Of a stretch of DNA of 64,000 bases, positions 55,337 to 64,000 are shown one piece after another; position 1 is the stretch's first letter; each line of letters begins with the position of its first letter. The position numbers and the translations under genes were made by a program. The notes under the pieces are model-generated. The model saw only the letters and a program-made list of their open reading frames with translations. It was not told the origin of the DNA and did no database searches. Source of the stretch: Naegleria gruberi (lineage: Eukaryota); NCBI GenBank assembly GCA_000004985.1, contig GG738851.1; one strand, 5' to 3'.

Positions 55337-58207
55337 TTAAAGATTGGCATAGGTAGCCTTTCTCTTAATACAAGAATAAACACAGAGACCAATATTGACA
55401 GCTACAGAAACGAGTAAAGCAGTAGCCAAAGAGGTAATGATTAAGGCAAATTCCCAATTGAAAAAGTTTACAATATTGGATGGAGAAACATCAGTTACAT
55501 CGAGGGATCTTCTAATTCTTGAGGCCTTAGTAATCTTCTTTCCATTAATAACCAAACTGTATTTTTGTGGACCGTGTGGAACATTATGTCCTTTAACAGT
55601 TACAATCAAATCAGTATTAACTGGTGGGAGTGGAATCAAAATCTTTTCAACATTGTTCAATCTGTCAGGTTGATTATTATTGTACAAGTGGTTACCATAG
55701 ATGGATTGAACTTCACCATTTGTTTCATATTCCAATTTCAAGTCCAAATCATTGACAAGGGCAAGAGAGGCCATTGGAGAAGCAGGATAATCAGTCCAGG
55801 CCAAAGTAATTGCCAATTCTGTGGCATTATCACCAACATTGAAAGTATATGAGTGAATGATATCAGTGGTAATTTCTTGTCTATCAATAACGAACAAATC
55901 TTGTGGAGTTTGTGGGTTATTGGCCAACTTTAAGGTGTTTGACAAATTAATGAGGCCGTGTCCTTCAAAGATAGTTCTGTGCTTCTTATTGAAATGAGTG
56001 AAAGAGTCAGTCTTTCTAGCAAGTCCCTTCATTCCTCTAGCACTTTGAATCAAAATTGCCTTAATAAGTGCAGCAGATGGTTGAGTATATTCAGCATTAA
56101 CTGATGGTTTACCATATGGATAAAAACCATCAGTGAAATACTGTCTTACAAGAGTGGCAGCTGAAGCAACGACAGGTGTTGACATTGATGTACCTCCCAT
56201 TTCTTTCAATTGTAATTTCATATCATTCTTATTGGAGAGAGAACATTTACCTTCTTGAGAACCGAAATGAGATCTGGCAGAAAGCAAGAAATAACCTGGA
56301 GCTACAATATCTGGCTTGATACGACCATCGAGTGTTGGTCCCAATGAACTGAAATCTGCCAAGTTTTGTTCATTGAAGAATGGTTTCAACTTTTCATCTT
56401 CCAAACTCTTCAAGGCACACTTTTGACTGCATGCAAATGAAACATTGAAATTGAGTTTCTTCTTCATAATCTTCAATTTGTGTTTGAATTTACAATTGTC
56501 TCCCATGTATGCATTACATCCTTCTTCGGATTTCAACTTGTCAATGGCTGAACACTTCTTAATATTACAGACGCCACATTTACAATTGTACTTTTTGGTC
56601 AATTTCTTACGTAAAATATTGGCACGTTGTGTGTAATTTCTATATTTGAGAGCTTCTTTCCATGATTCAATTCCACTGACAGAGGCACCAACAATGATAG
56701 AATTCTTGGCTTGCTTTGATGGACCAGTCAATGTCATGTAACCTTTGGCACCAGAATTACCAGCAGACCAAACTACAAGGAAATCATCATGTTCATATTG
56801 GAATTTGTCAATTTCTTGTGTTGATTGAGTGTATCCATTACCAATCTTACCACCCAATGAATTGGATGAAATACGAGCACCCAATTTATATTGAGGTTCG
56901 AATAAACCACTATACAAGTCAATTGGTGTAACCAATTTGTTCTTTCCTGGACATTTTCCTTCTGGATACATGTAACATGGACAAGCATCGAATGAATCAC
57001 ATTGACATCCACCATCCAAATCACAACCAACATCAAAGAAAACCAATTTAGAATCTTGTGCAATACCATTGTGTTTACAAATTGGACTATCTGGATAGAG
57101 ACATTTACCAGCAAGAGTTCCTGAAGTGTGAGATCCATGTCCATGTCCACCATCTTTTCTATCCATAAAAGCAACATAGGCCTTAATCTTACGATGATTA
57201 CTTTCAACAGCTTGAGGAGCATTTAAAACAGTTCTAATTAATGAATCACTACTTTGAATGACTGGAACAGAAGCAGCTGGATCATGGAAGAAACAATGAT
57301 CAACATCCAAACCAGAATCAGTAATGGCAACTGTTTGATTCTTACCAGTAATTCCAACTTGATAGAATGGACCATCACCAATACTTGCCCTTGATGATCC
57401 CTGTTGAACAATTAAACGAGCATTGTAATTTTCTGGAAGGAAACCATCACGTTCCATGTCGAATCTTTCAATCCAGTGAATGGCTGGATGATGAGCCAAA
57501 ATATCAACAACCAGAACTAGATCATGTCTAGAACAGATTTGTAAACTAATCATGACCTTTCTATTGGAAACAACTCTCAAATATTTTACATTGGTGAGAT
57601 TTTCACAGGCACTTCTAATTTGTCCAGCAACATCTCTGGCAGATTGTGAAGAAAGTTCAGGAACTAAACTAACACTCATGTGAACAATAGCTCCACCAAC
57701 CTTTCTTCCAGGAGTATTTACACTACAGCTTTCGAATACTCCAGATTCCATATCACGAATCAAATTTGGATCAACCTTCATCTTTGGAGTGAGTGGAATC
57801 AAATGAGAAACTTGTGGATAAGCTTGAACCTTCTTCACTTGATCATTATTAATATAAACTAAATACGAATGTTCTGGAATGTATTGTAATAATTCACAAC
57901 CAGTTGACTTTTCAAAAGTAATTTGTACCTTTTCAGTCAATTTGATATTTTCCTTGAATTTTACAATATATTGGTGTGGAATTAAATTAGATTTATCCAA
58001 TGGAAGACCATCAGAAAGTTCCAAATAATTTTCCTCATTAGTTTCTTCTCCTTTACTCAAAACATTTGCCTGTTTAATAATTCCCTTATAGTATTGTTTA
58101 AAACGATCCAGATATTCATTGGATGATCCAGATTCACTACCCATGCACAGGGTGATGAAAAGTGCAAAAATTATTAAAACAAGAAAGAGCGTTAAAAATC
58201 TCTTCAT
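55337..58207 (-). CDS. Subtilisin-like serine protease (S8 family) of 956 aa with a signal peptide, a Cys-rich insertion and a C-terminal TM anchor.
   Basis: Catalytic-triad motifs are VAITDSGLDVDHC (Asp), HGHGSHTSGTLAG (His) and GTSMSTPVVASAATL (Ser). The C-terminus has the hydrophobic helix FALIITSLATALLVSVAVNIGL. Confidence 0.8.
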   Translation of the reverse strand: MKRFLTLFLVLIIFALFITLCMGSESGSSNEYLDRFKQYYKGIIKQANVLSKGEETNEENYLELSDGLPLDKSNLIPHQYIVKFKENIKLTEKVQITFEKSTGCELLQYIPEHSYLVYINNDQVKKVQAYPQVSHLIPLTPKMKVDPNLIRDMESGVFESCSVNTPGRKVGGAIVHMSVSLVPELSSQSARDVAGQIRSACENLTNVKYLRVVSNRKVMISLQICSRHDLVLVVDILAHHPAIHWIERFDMERDGFLPENYNARLIVQQGSSRASIGDGPFYQVGITGKNQTVAITDSGLDVDHCFFHDPAASVPVIQSSDSLIRTVLNAPQAVESNHRKIKAYVAFMDRKDGGHGHGSHTSGTLAGKCLYPDSPICKHNGIAQDSKLVFFDVGCDLDGGCQCDSFDACPCYMYPEGKCPGKNKLVTPIDLYSGLFEPQYKLGARISSNSLGGKIGNGYTQSTQEIDKFQYEHDDFLVVWSAGNSGAKGYMTLTGPSKQAKNSIIVGASVSGIESWKEALKYRNYTQRANILRKKLTKKYNCKCGVCNIKKCSAIDKLKSEEGCNAYMGDNCKFKHKLKIMKKKLNFNVSFACSQKCALKSLEDEKLKPFFNEQNLADFSSLGPTLDGRIKPDIVAPGYFLLSARSHFGSQEGKCSLSNKNDMKLQLKEMGGTSMSTPVVASAATLVRQYFTDGFYPYGKPSVNAEYTQPSAALIKAILIQSARGMKGLARKTDSFTHFNKKHRTIFEGHGLINLSNTLKLANNPQTPQDLFVIDRQEITTDIIHSYTFNVGDNATELAITLAWTDYPASPMASLALVNDLDLKLEYETNGEVQSIYGNHLYNNNQPDRLNNVEKILIPLPPVNTDLIVTVKGHNVPHGPQKYSLVINGKKITKASRIRRSLDVTDVSPSNIVNFFNWEFALIITSLATALLVSVAVNIGLCVYSCIKRKATYANL

Positions 58208-58602
58208 CTTGATTAGTTTCGTCTAGTTTCGTAAATACGAAATTATTTTGGTCTACTAGATGAGAATAATATTATAAAAAATTTAGAAGGCTTTTTGATG
58301 ATGTGCCTTCCGTAATTTGTTGTAGGTGCGTTTTTTTTGTGGTAGAAAACCAAGGACTTGACATTTGACGGGTGGTTATAATTTTTCAAAAGCAAAACCT
58401 TAAAAATATAATCCCAGACCTCCAAGTTGCAATGTGTTCAAATAATTGAAATCAAAATATCCCGTCGAAACAGTTCCAAAGAAAAGTTACTTGGTTTTTA
58501 TTAAGAATTCTACCTTAACAGTACTTTAGTCCAATTTCTAATATTGGAAGATATTTAAAGATATTTTGATAGTATCTGTTGTAAAATATTGGAAATTATT
58601 GT

Positions 58603-59499
58603 TCAATCAATGATGGGTCTTTCTCTAAATGATCCTTTAAAGTTTCTAATAAATAATTTATCAAATCGATAATCACTTTTAACAATTCCAATAAATCCCC
58701 TTTTAGAAATCGTAACTGGTGCCATAATTCCATTCAATGATACTCCATTAATAAGAATATCCAAACTATTCTCTGATATAAAATTAAATTCAATATGATT
58801 CCACATTCCAAAAGTAATTGGAGAATAGTCTCTGTAATAATACGATTCATTTTCTTTTGTTTGCTGAAGTAGAGTGCCAGTCATGTCAGATTCACCTGAA
58901 ATTCTAAAAACTAAACTATCATCTTCATCCTTATTTTCTGAAAATGCAATTCTAATTTCTGAATCACCAGTTTCCAAAAAGAAATCTAACGAAACTTGAA
59001 AATTACTATAATTATCAAGATTATACAATTCTCTATTGGACCACAATGTTTCTCTCATATTAAAATTCAATACTCCACCCTCTTGCATCTCATGTTTCGT
59101 TCCCTCCACATTAAATACTTGCACCAATTTTTTACAATACATTTTCCAATCATTAATTTTCAAATTATTTCCTTCATCTCCATTTACCATTTCCGAAACC
59201 ACAACATTATTACATTCATTGTTAGCCTCACTATCATCATCTTCATTTCTGCACCACGATGGAAGCAGAAGGGAATTTAATTGTTTTTTTTTCTTTCCGT
59301 AAATATTAAATTGGCGCTCACAAATTTGGCGCCAAATCAATTCCGAATGATCACTTCCCGTAGAGTTGATCATTTTGAAAAAAAATTGACTCGATTGGCT
59401 TAGGAGGTGAACATCTCGAAGGGAGAGGAAGGAAATTACGTGATGAGAGAGGAGTGGAAGATTTTCCTCTGTGAATAATTGTGTGAATAGTTGTGCCAT
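58603..59499 (-). CDS. F-box protein of 298 aa with an unassigned beta-rich C-terminal domain.
   Basis: The N-terminus LPLLSHHVISFLSLRDVHLLSQSSQFFFKMI…IWRQICERQF has an F-box pattern. Confidence 0.5.
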   Translation of the reverse strand: MAQLFTQLFTEENLPLLSHHVISFLSLRDVHLLSQSSQFFFKMINSTGSDHSELIWRQICERQFNIYGKKKKQLNSLLLPSWCRNEDDDSEANNECNNVVVSEMVNGDEGNNLKINDWKMYCKKLVQVFNVEGTKHEMQEGGVLNFNMRETLWSNRELYNLDNYSNFQVSLDFFLETGDSEIRIAFSENKDEDDSLVFRISGESDMTGTLLQQTKENESYYYRDYSPITFGMWNHIEFNFISENSLDILINGVSLNGIMAPVTISKRGFIGIVKSDYRFDKLFIRNFKGSFRERPIID

Positions 59500-60093
59500 T
59501 TTTTTCTCTTTTGATTGGTGTTGCTGTTAATTAGAAAGGAGGTTACGGAGCAGTTTTTAATACAACTGTATTGCAGTTTTAGAATTGTAATTCAAATTGG
59601 TTAGACAAATTAAAGAGCTATAGGTTAAATGTGCCCTTACTGTTGTTGATATTGGAATATTCATATTTTGGTTGTACTAACCCTTGAAAGCAACAATGAT
59701 TCTTCCAATACAGATTCTTCAAAACAAAGTTTATGTTACACTGGGTTGGGTTACAATTTATTGAATACAACAGGATACATAGCGTTCCAACATTAACTAC
59801 AAGAAATGTTTCAATTTTCCATTTAGAGTTTGTTTCATGAAATTTTCAGGCCTATTTACATTACTTGCCATGAATTATGTTGTTGGTTTGAAAAGGGTTT
59901 TACAACGTTGACAGTAAATTGGTATTAATTCAAAGTGTCAGACATCAACGGTACACGTCTTTTTTAAACAACTAAAGTTTCCTATTAAGGAGCTCATTAA
60001 GTAACAAACCCATTTTATTTATCGGCAATCATGTTCAAATGTCCAAGGACATCATTCACTAATCACTTGTAAATACAAAATTTCAAAAAACAA

Positions 60094-61458
60094 ATGAGTA
60101 ACGTCAAACTTTTGATTGTTTGCTTGCTTACTTCCTTCATTATCAGCACCATTTACTTTACCTTCACTATTACAAAACTAAAATCAACAACCACCTCTTC
60201 AATTTGTCCAAAATGTGAAGTTTCCCTCATGCCAAATGTCTTACAAGTTGTTAGTGTTGTTGAGAAACTGAATTCAAAGACATGCGATATCAACATGTTG
60301 ATTCTATCTTCTCCAAGAGAAATTCCTGGCTCATCAAGATTTGCCTACCTCGAGAAAACACTGAAAAGCATGGCTGAGGACTTGAAAGTGGTTTATCTGA
60401 ATGTTTGTACCTTTGTATTTAATACTGGGGGAGCTATGGGTGAGAAGGAGATTAGGGAGACCATAGAAGCAAGTGGTAATCGAGATGTCAGTATATTGGA
60501 AAGGCTAGAAGAATCGAATATTTATGGCGAAAGTACATTCTATGGAAAGCCAAAGATGAGAAAGCAATCTAATGATTTCTATGATATGCTAAAGACATTT
60601 AACAGCATGCGAACGAATGGGTTAGTATTTCTTATGGAAGATGACTTTGAATTTTGTCCAAATTCATTTGGGCACATTATGAATATTCTTTCCAAGACGA
60701 AAGATAAGAAATGGTCTGCTATTAGATTTTCATTCGGCCTGAATGGAATTATTGTCGACAAGAATGATCTGTCAGGAATCATGAAACATATAGAAATGAA
60801 TGCTTATCGTTCCTATCCAATTGACTCATTACTGGAAGAATTTCTTCATAAGAAAACTAGGTATGGAGAAGAGTATTTTGGTGGGAGAGAGTTTATTACT
60901 TATAGATATCAGTTAATGAAACATATTGGTATTTCGACTTCAGTTGGAAACGAAAGGTCCACAGAATCGAATAGTCTTCAATTTCCACATTGTTATGAAT
61001 TGCAAGTTCATGCAGGATTGTTATACCACTTTAGTTTATCTGCATGTCCTCATTCTCTGTTTCATCCTTGTCCCCCTGAAGAATCGAATAGAGATTCTAA
61101 CAAATTCATTGATGACACCAAATTCGGAGATGGAATTCCAGCCTCCGCTGAACACTCCATTTCAGACCTACACAAACTAAAGCCAACCCTCTGTCAAAAG
61201 GGTGAAGATTGCAACACATGTTGTTCAAAGGAAAATTCCACATGTGAAGGTCAATATTTTCCCTACCTTAATCGTTGTGATGAAATGAGAAAACACATTC
61301 CCGATTGTAAATGCGAAAATGAATCAGTTTTACTCAAGTCATTGGCACCAAATGTTGATTCAGAGAATCGTTGTGTGTTGGGTCATCGAAGATCGAGATT
61401 TAAATGTGAGAATTCACATCCTATGGAGAGGAGATTGTGTCCATGCTTTCCCAAATGA
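60094..61458 (+). CDS. Type II membrane glycosyltransferase-like protein (GnT-I/GT13-like EDD motif) of 454 aa with a Cys-rich C-terminal region.
   Basis: There is an N-terminal signal anchor. The motif LVFLMEDDFEFCPNSF resembles the EDDLEVAPDFF of GlcNAc-transferase I. The C-terminal roughly 100 aa hold 16 Cys. Confidence 0.4.
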   Translation: MSNVKLLIVCLLTSFIISTIYFTFTITKLKSTTTSSICPKCEVSLMPNVLQVVSVVEKLNSKTCDINMLILSSPREIPGSSRFAYLEKTLKSMAEDLKVVYLNVCTFVFNTGGAMGEKEIRETIEASGNRDVSILERLEESNIYGESTFYGKPKMRKQSNDFYDMLKTFNSMRTNGLVFLMEDDFEFCPNSFGHIMNILSKTKDKKWSAIRFSFGLNGIIVDKNDLSGIMKHIEMNAYRSYPIDSLLEEFLHKKTRYGEEYFGGREFITYRYQLMKHIGISTSVGNERSTESNSLQFPHCYELQVHAGLLYHFSLSACPHSLFHPCPPEESNRDSNKFIDDTKFGDGIPASAEHSISDLHKLKPTLCQKGEDCNTCCSKENSTCEGQYFPYLNRCDEMRKHIPDCKCENESVLLKSLAPNVDSENRCVLGHRRSRFKCENSHPMERRLCPCFPK

Positions 61459-61618
61459 ACTTGTAATAAACAATTAAAAAATGAAACAATTGGCTAGTGT
61501 GGTTATTTGAAATAATCAAATAGATCAAGAAGGAGGTACTGTCAAAATTTTACATCAAAGAAATCAGAAAGATGGATAAAAATTTAATCCAATGATTATT
61601 TACAAAGAGTTCAATAAA

Positions 61619-62524
61619 TTATTGTTGTTTACATTCACTTTTCTTTGAACCTCGTCTGTCGTGCTGATGGGCGTTTCCATTATTGTTTCGATTATTTTGA
61701 TTTTGTTGATGGGAATAGTTTGAATTATTATTATAGGATTGATAATTACTACTAAATGGATTGTTTCCCGGATTTGAATTTACATTACTACGATTATTGC
61801 TATAATTCTGATAGTTGGCATTATTATTCTGATAATTATTCTGTTGATGAGAAGATCCTCCAGTTGGACTGGAAAATCTATTTTGTTGTTGTTGCTGTTG
61901 TTGATAACCTGTTCCACTACTAGTATTTTGAGTGGAATTATTTGATGGAGTAGTATGTGAAGGTGTTGGTTGTTTTTGAAGTTGAGCATTCAATTTTCTG
62001 ACCTTATCTTTCAATTCTTCATTATCCAATCCCAACATGGCATTTCTCTGTTCCAGAGTTGATAACTTTGATGTCAATTCAAGTACCTGAAGCTCATACT
62101 TCTCCAAAATATGTCTAACCTTATAATAAGAACATTCCTCATAGTGCTTTTGTAGATCAGTTATTTTTCCACAATACAAACATCCATATTTTGCCATATC
62201 ACAAGGTTTTGAAATATTCTCACAAAGTCTCTCAAGATGATCCTTTAAATTTCCTCTTTTAACCTTCTTTTGAGAACATTGATTAGGACAATCAACTTCC
62301 AAATCATTTACAGTCCTCTCTACAAATCTATTAAACGCAAAACTAGAGGAATCATTTTGATCTTTTATAATAATAGATTTTCTACACTGAGGACAAGATG
62401 GATTTCTCTCCGACCACTCTTTTATACACTCATAACAATACAGTGTTCCACAAGCATTACACTCTCTATTATTTTCTACAAGATTTGTACAGATCGGACA
62501 TGAGAGTGCTTCAACTGATGCCAT
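61619..62524 (-). CDS. RING finger / TRAF-type zinc finger / coiled-coil protein with a Q/N-rich tail, 301 aa.
   Basis: The N-terminus CPICTNLVE…CNACGTLYCYECIKEW…CPQC is RING-like. DCPNQCSQKKVKRGNLKDHLERLCENISKPCDMAKYGCLYCG is a TRAF-type zinc finger. A heptad coiled coil follows, then poly-Q/N. Confidence 0.6.
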   Translation of the reverse strand: MASVEALSCPICTNLVENNRECNACGTLYCYECIKEWSERNPSCPQCRKSIIIKDQNDSSSFAFNRFVERTVNDLEVDCPNQCSQKKVKRGNLKDHLERLCENISKPCDMAKYGCLYCGKITDLQKHYEECSYYKVRHILEKYELQVLELTSKLSTLEQRNAMLGLDNEELKDKVRKLNAQLQKQPTPSHTTPSNNSTQNTSSGTGYQQQQQQQNRFSSPTGGSSHQQNNYQNNNANYQNYSNNRSNVNSNPGNNPFSSNYQSYNNNSNYSHQQNQNNRNNNGNAHQHDRRGSKKSECKQQ

Positions 62525-63172
62525 TTTTTTAATTTTCTAATTTAAATTATTTTGTGATGATGATTTAATTTCTAAAAATAACAATTTCATACTGATTGAA
62601 GAATGAGATTCAAATAATGAACGTGAATTATTAATTTTCGTGATGATTTGATTCAAACTCAAATATCCATATGATAATGATGATAATTTTTCAATCTCTT
62701 CCATATTTATTATCATCAAATATTAAGCAAACATTCATTAAATTGAAACACTTGATGGAATATTAGTATAATTCATAAATCTTAATTCAATAAAGTCAAA
62801 CAATAGAACTCAGGTTGTTATCTCTGATTTGCGGAATATTTTCCAATCTAGAAAGACTTACCTCCTCAAAAAAGCAAATCCCCAGCTGTCCAAATTGAGA
62901 ACCTGCCCTTACTGTTTAATATCATTGATGGCCAAACAAAACCAAGCAATGTCCAATTTATTGTGAAGCTGAAATTCCCGCCCCAATAATAAACCTAAAA
63001 AACCAACAATATCATCATCAACAGGTGTTGCACACTTAGTTTTTTCGCATTGTTAACTATCAACGTTGCTTAGTGCTTATTCCACTTCACGAAATTCATC
63101 ATCATTAACGACAATTATTAATATATTGAAATATATCATACAGTGCTAGTAGTAGGCTATTAGGCAGTTACA

Positions 63173-64000
63173 ATGTCGAGGACAACATCAAGAACATCAT
63201 CTAAGGGAAATATGGTAACACCATTTTCCATTGATACAATTGAAGAACCGGAATCAACTCCCAATTCATCAGACAAGAAATCGAGATGTTGGATGTGCTC
63301 TCCAAAGAAAGTCCTCAGCTTGAGGAATATCATCATTACACTGATTTCATCATCGATCATTATTATTGCCTTCATTGTGTGGATTATTGGATTCACTGCT
63401 TCCAATTCCTCAACAAAGATACTCAGTGATAAATTAAAAGACAGTTCAACCGAGAGAATTGTAGTAATGATTGAGGGAATGTTTACACAGGCACAGGAAT
63501 TGGCTCTCTCCTATCGATATTTCTATGATAAACAAACGAATCATATGAGGAATTTTCTGGAGGATCGATCTTTGTATGAATATTCAGTGAAGAATCTCTT
63601 GTTTTCATCACTGATAACGAGGCAAGGTTTGATTAATTCTGTGAATTTTGTCTTTGAGAGTGGACATGTTGTGGGATGGGAATGTAACCTTAATGCCTGT
63701 GATTATTTCATTTCGAAACAGGATGATTTGAGGCTGATGGCTTATAATTATGATTTTGAATTGGAAACATTGGCCAACTCGACAACATATGAAGTACCAA
63801 ACTTTAATGCCAGTATCATTATTCCAACCTATAGCATTGTAACCAACGCAGCAAAAGTGGATAAATCTCTGAGGAAAACTGGCATGTTTTTTCCAATTAG
63901 TAGACACGTTCTCGTATCCAGCATGTATGTCACAAGTGTTGCCATTCCCTATTATGGATTAGATGGAAACATGTTAGGAACCTCAAATGTTGTCTTTTAC
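63173..64000 (+). CDS. Truncated 5' part (at least 276 aa) of a type II membrane protein with a putative extracellular sensor domain. It continues past the window end.
   Basis: An ATG at 63173 opens a frame that stays open to the last base. A TM helix (IIITLISSSIIIIAFIVWIIGF) is followed by a mixed alpha/beta region. The track misses it because no stop falls in the window. Confidence 0.5.
   Translation, partial: MSRTTSRTSSKGNMVTPFSIDTIEEPESTPNSSDKKSRCWMCSPKKVLSLRNIIITLISSSIIIIAFIVWIIGFTASNSSTKILSDKLKDSSTERIVVMIEGMFTQAQELALSYRYFYDKQTNHMRNFLEDRSLYEYSVKNLLFSSLITRQGLINSVNFVFESGHVVGWECNLNACDYFISKQDDLRLMAYNYDFELETLANSTTYEVPNFNASIIIPTYSIVTNAAKVDKSLRKTGMFFPISRHVLVSSMYVTSVAIPYYGLDGNMLGTSNVVFY

Noticed and set aside
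59311-59338. A 7-8-bp inverted repeat TTGGCGC…GGCGCCAA that looks like a regulatory palindrome.
   Set aside because: It lies inside the F-box coding sequence (…IWRQICERQF…) and arises from the codon pairs TGG-CGC-CAA and GAG-CGC-CAA.
1-64000. Prokaryotic-type features such as CRISPR arrays, operons, IS elements, rRNA and defence islands.
   Set aside because: The sequence is clearly eukaryotic: spliceosomal introns, Pol III tRNA genes with T-run terminators, and eukaryote-specific families (EXO1, p24, F-box, TRAF-RING, WDR6). No direct-repeat/spacer array or rRNA-like segment was seen.

Overview
This window is dense, AT-rich eukaryotic nuclear DNA with no prokaryotic features. It holds about 36 protein-coding genes in 64 kb. 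Introns are few and short (37-241 nt), with GTAAGT/GTATGT donors and frequent TAG acceptors. The standard genetic code applies. Many proteins have S/N/Q-rich low-complexity tracts. Alternative oxidase is present, so the organism has mitochondria. Together with expanded signalling and receptor-type genes, this points to a free-living protist, possibly an amoebozoan (dictyostelid-like) or heterolobosean, but the taxon is only an inference. The six-frame ORF track splits several genes at introns. I re-joined them by hand, and splice coordinates were checked for frame consistency. Recognisable genes include a WDR6-like WD40 protein, a Pet127-like PD-(D/E)XK protein, two sigma-class GSTs, alternative oxidase, EXO1, an S8 subtilase, a p24/emp24 cargo receptor, a TANGO2-like protein, a DUF4116-repeat protein, GNAT acetyltransferases, an F-box protein and a RING/TRAF protein. 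There are two tRNA genes. tRNA-Pro(TGG) is intact. tRNA-Gly(GCC) is split by a 378-bp insertion. Four findings deserve most attention. First, a complete pogo/Tigger-like DNA transposon (about 2.1 kb, 28-bp TIRs) whose transposase needs a frameshift in an A7 run and ends in a Cys-rich domain. Second, the tRNA-Gly gene interrupted in its T-loop by a MITE-like non-coding insertion with an 8-bp direct duplication. Third, a receptor-type class III nucleotide cyclase fused to a PstS-like phosphate-binding extracellular domain. Fourth, an ABCG-type transporter carrying a roughly 900-aa N-terminal extracellular Cys-repeat domain.
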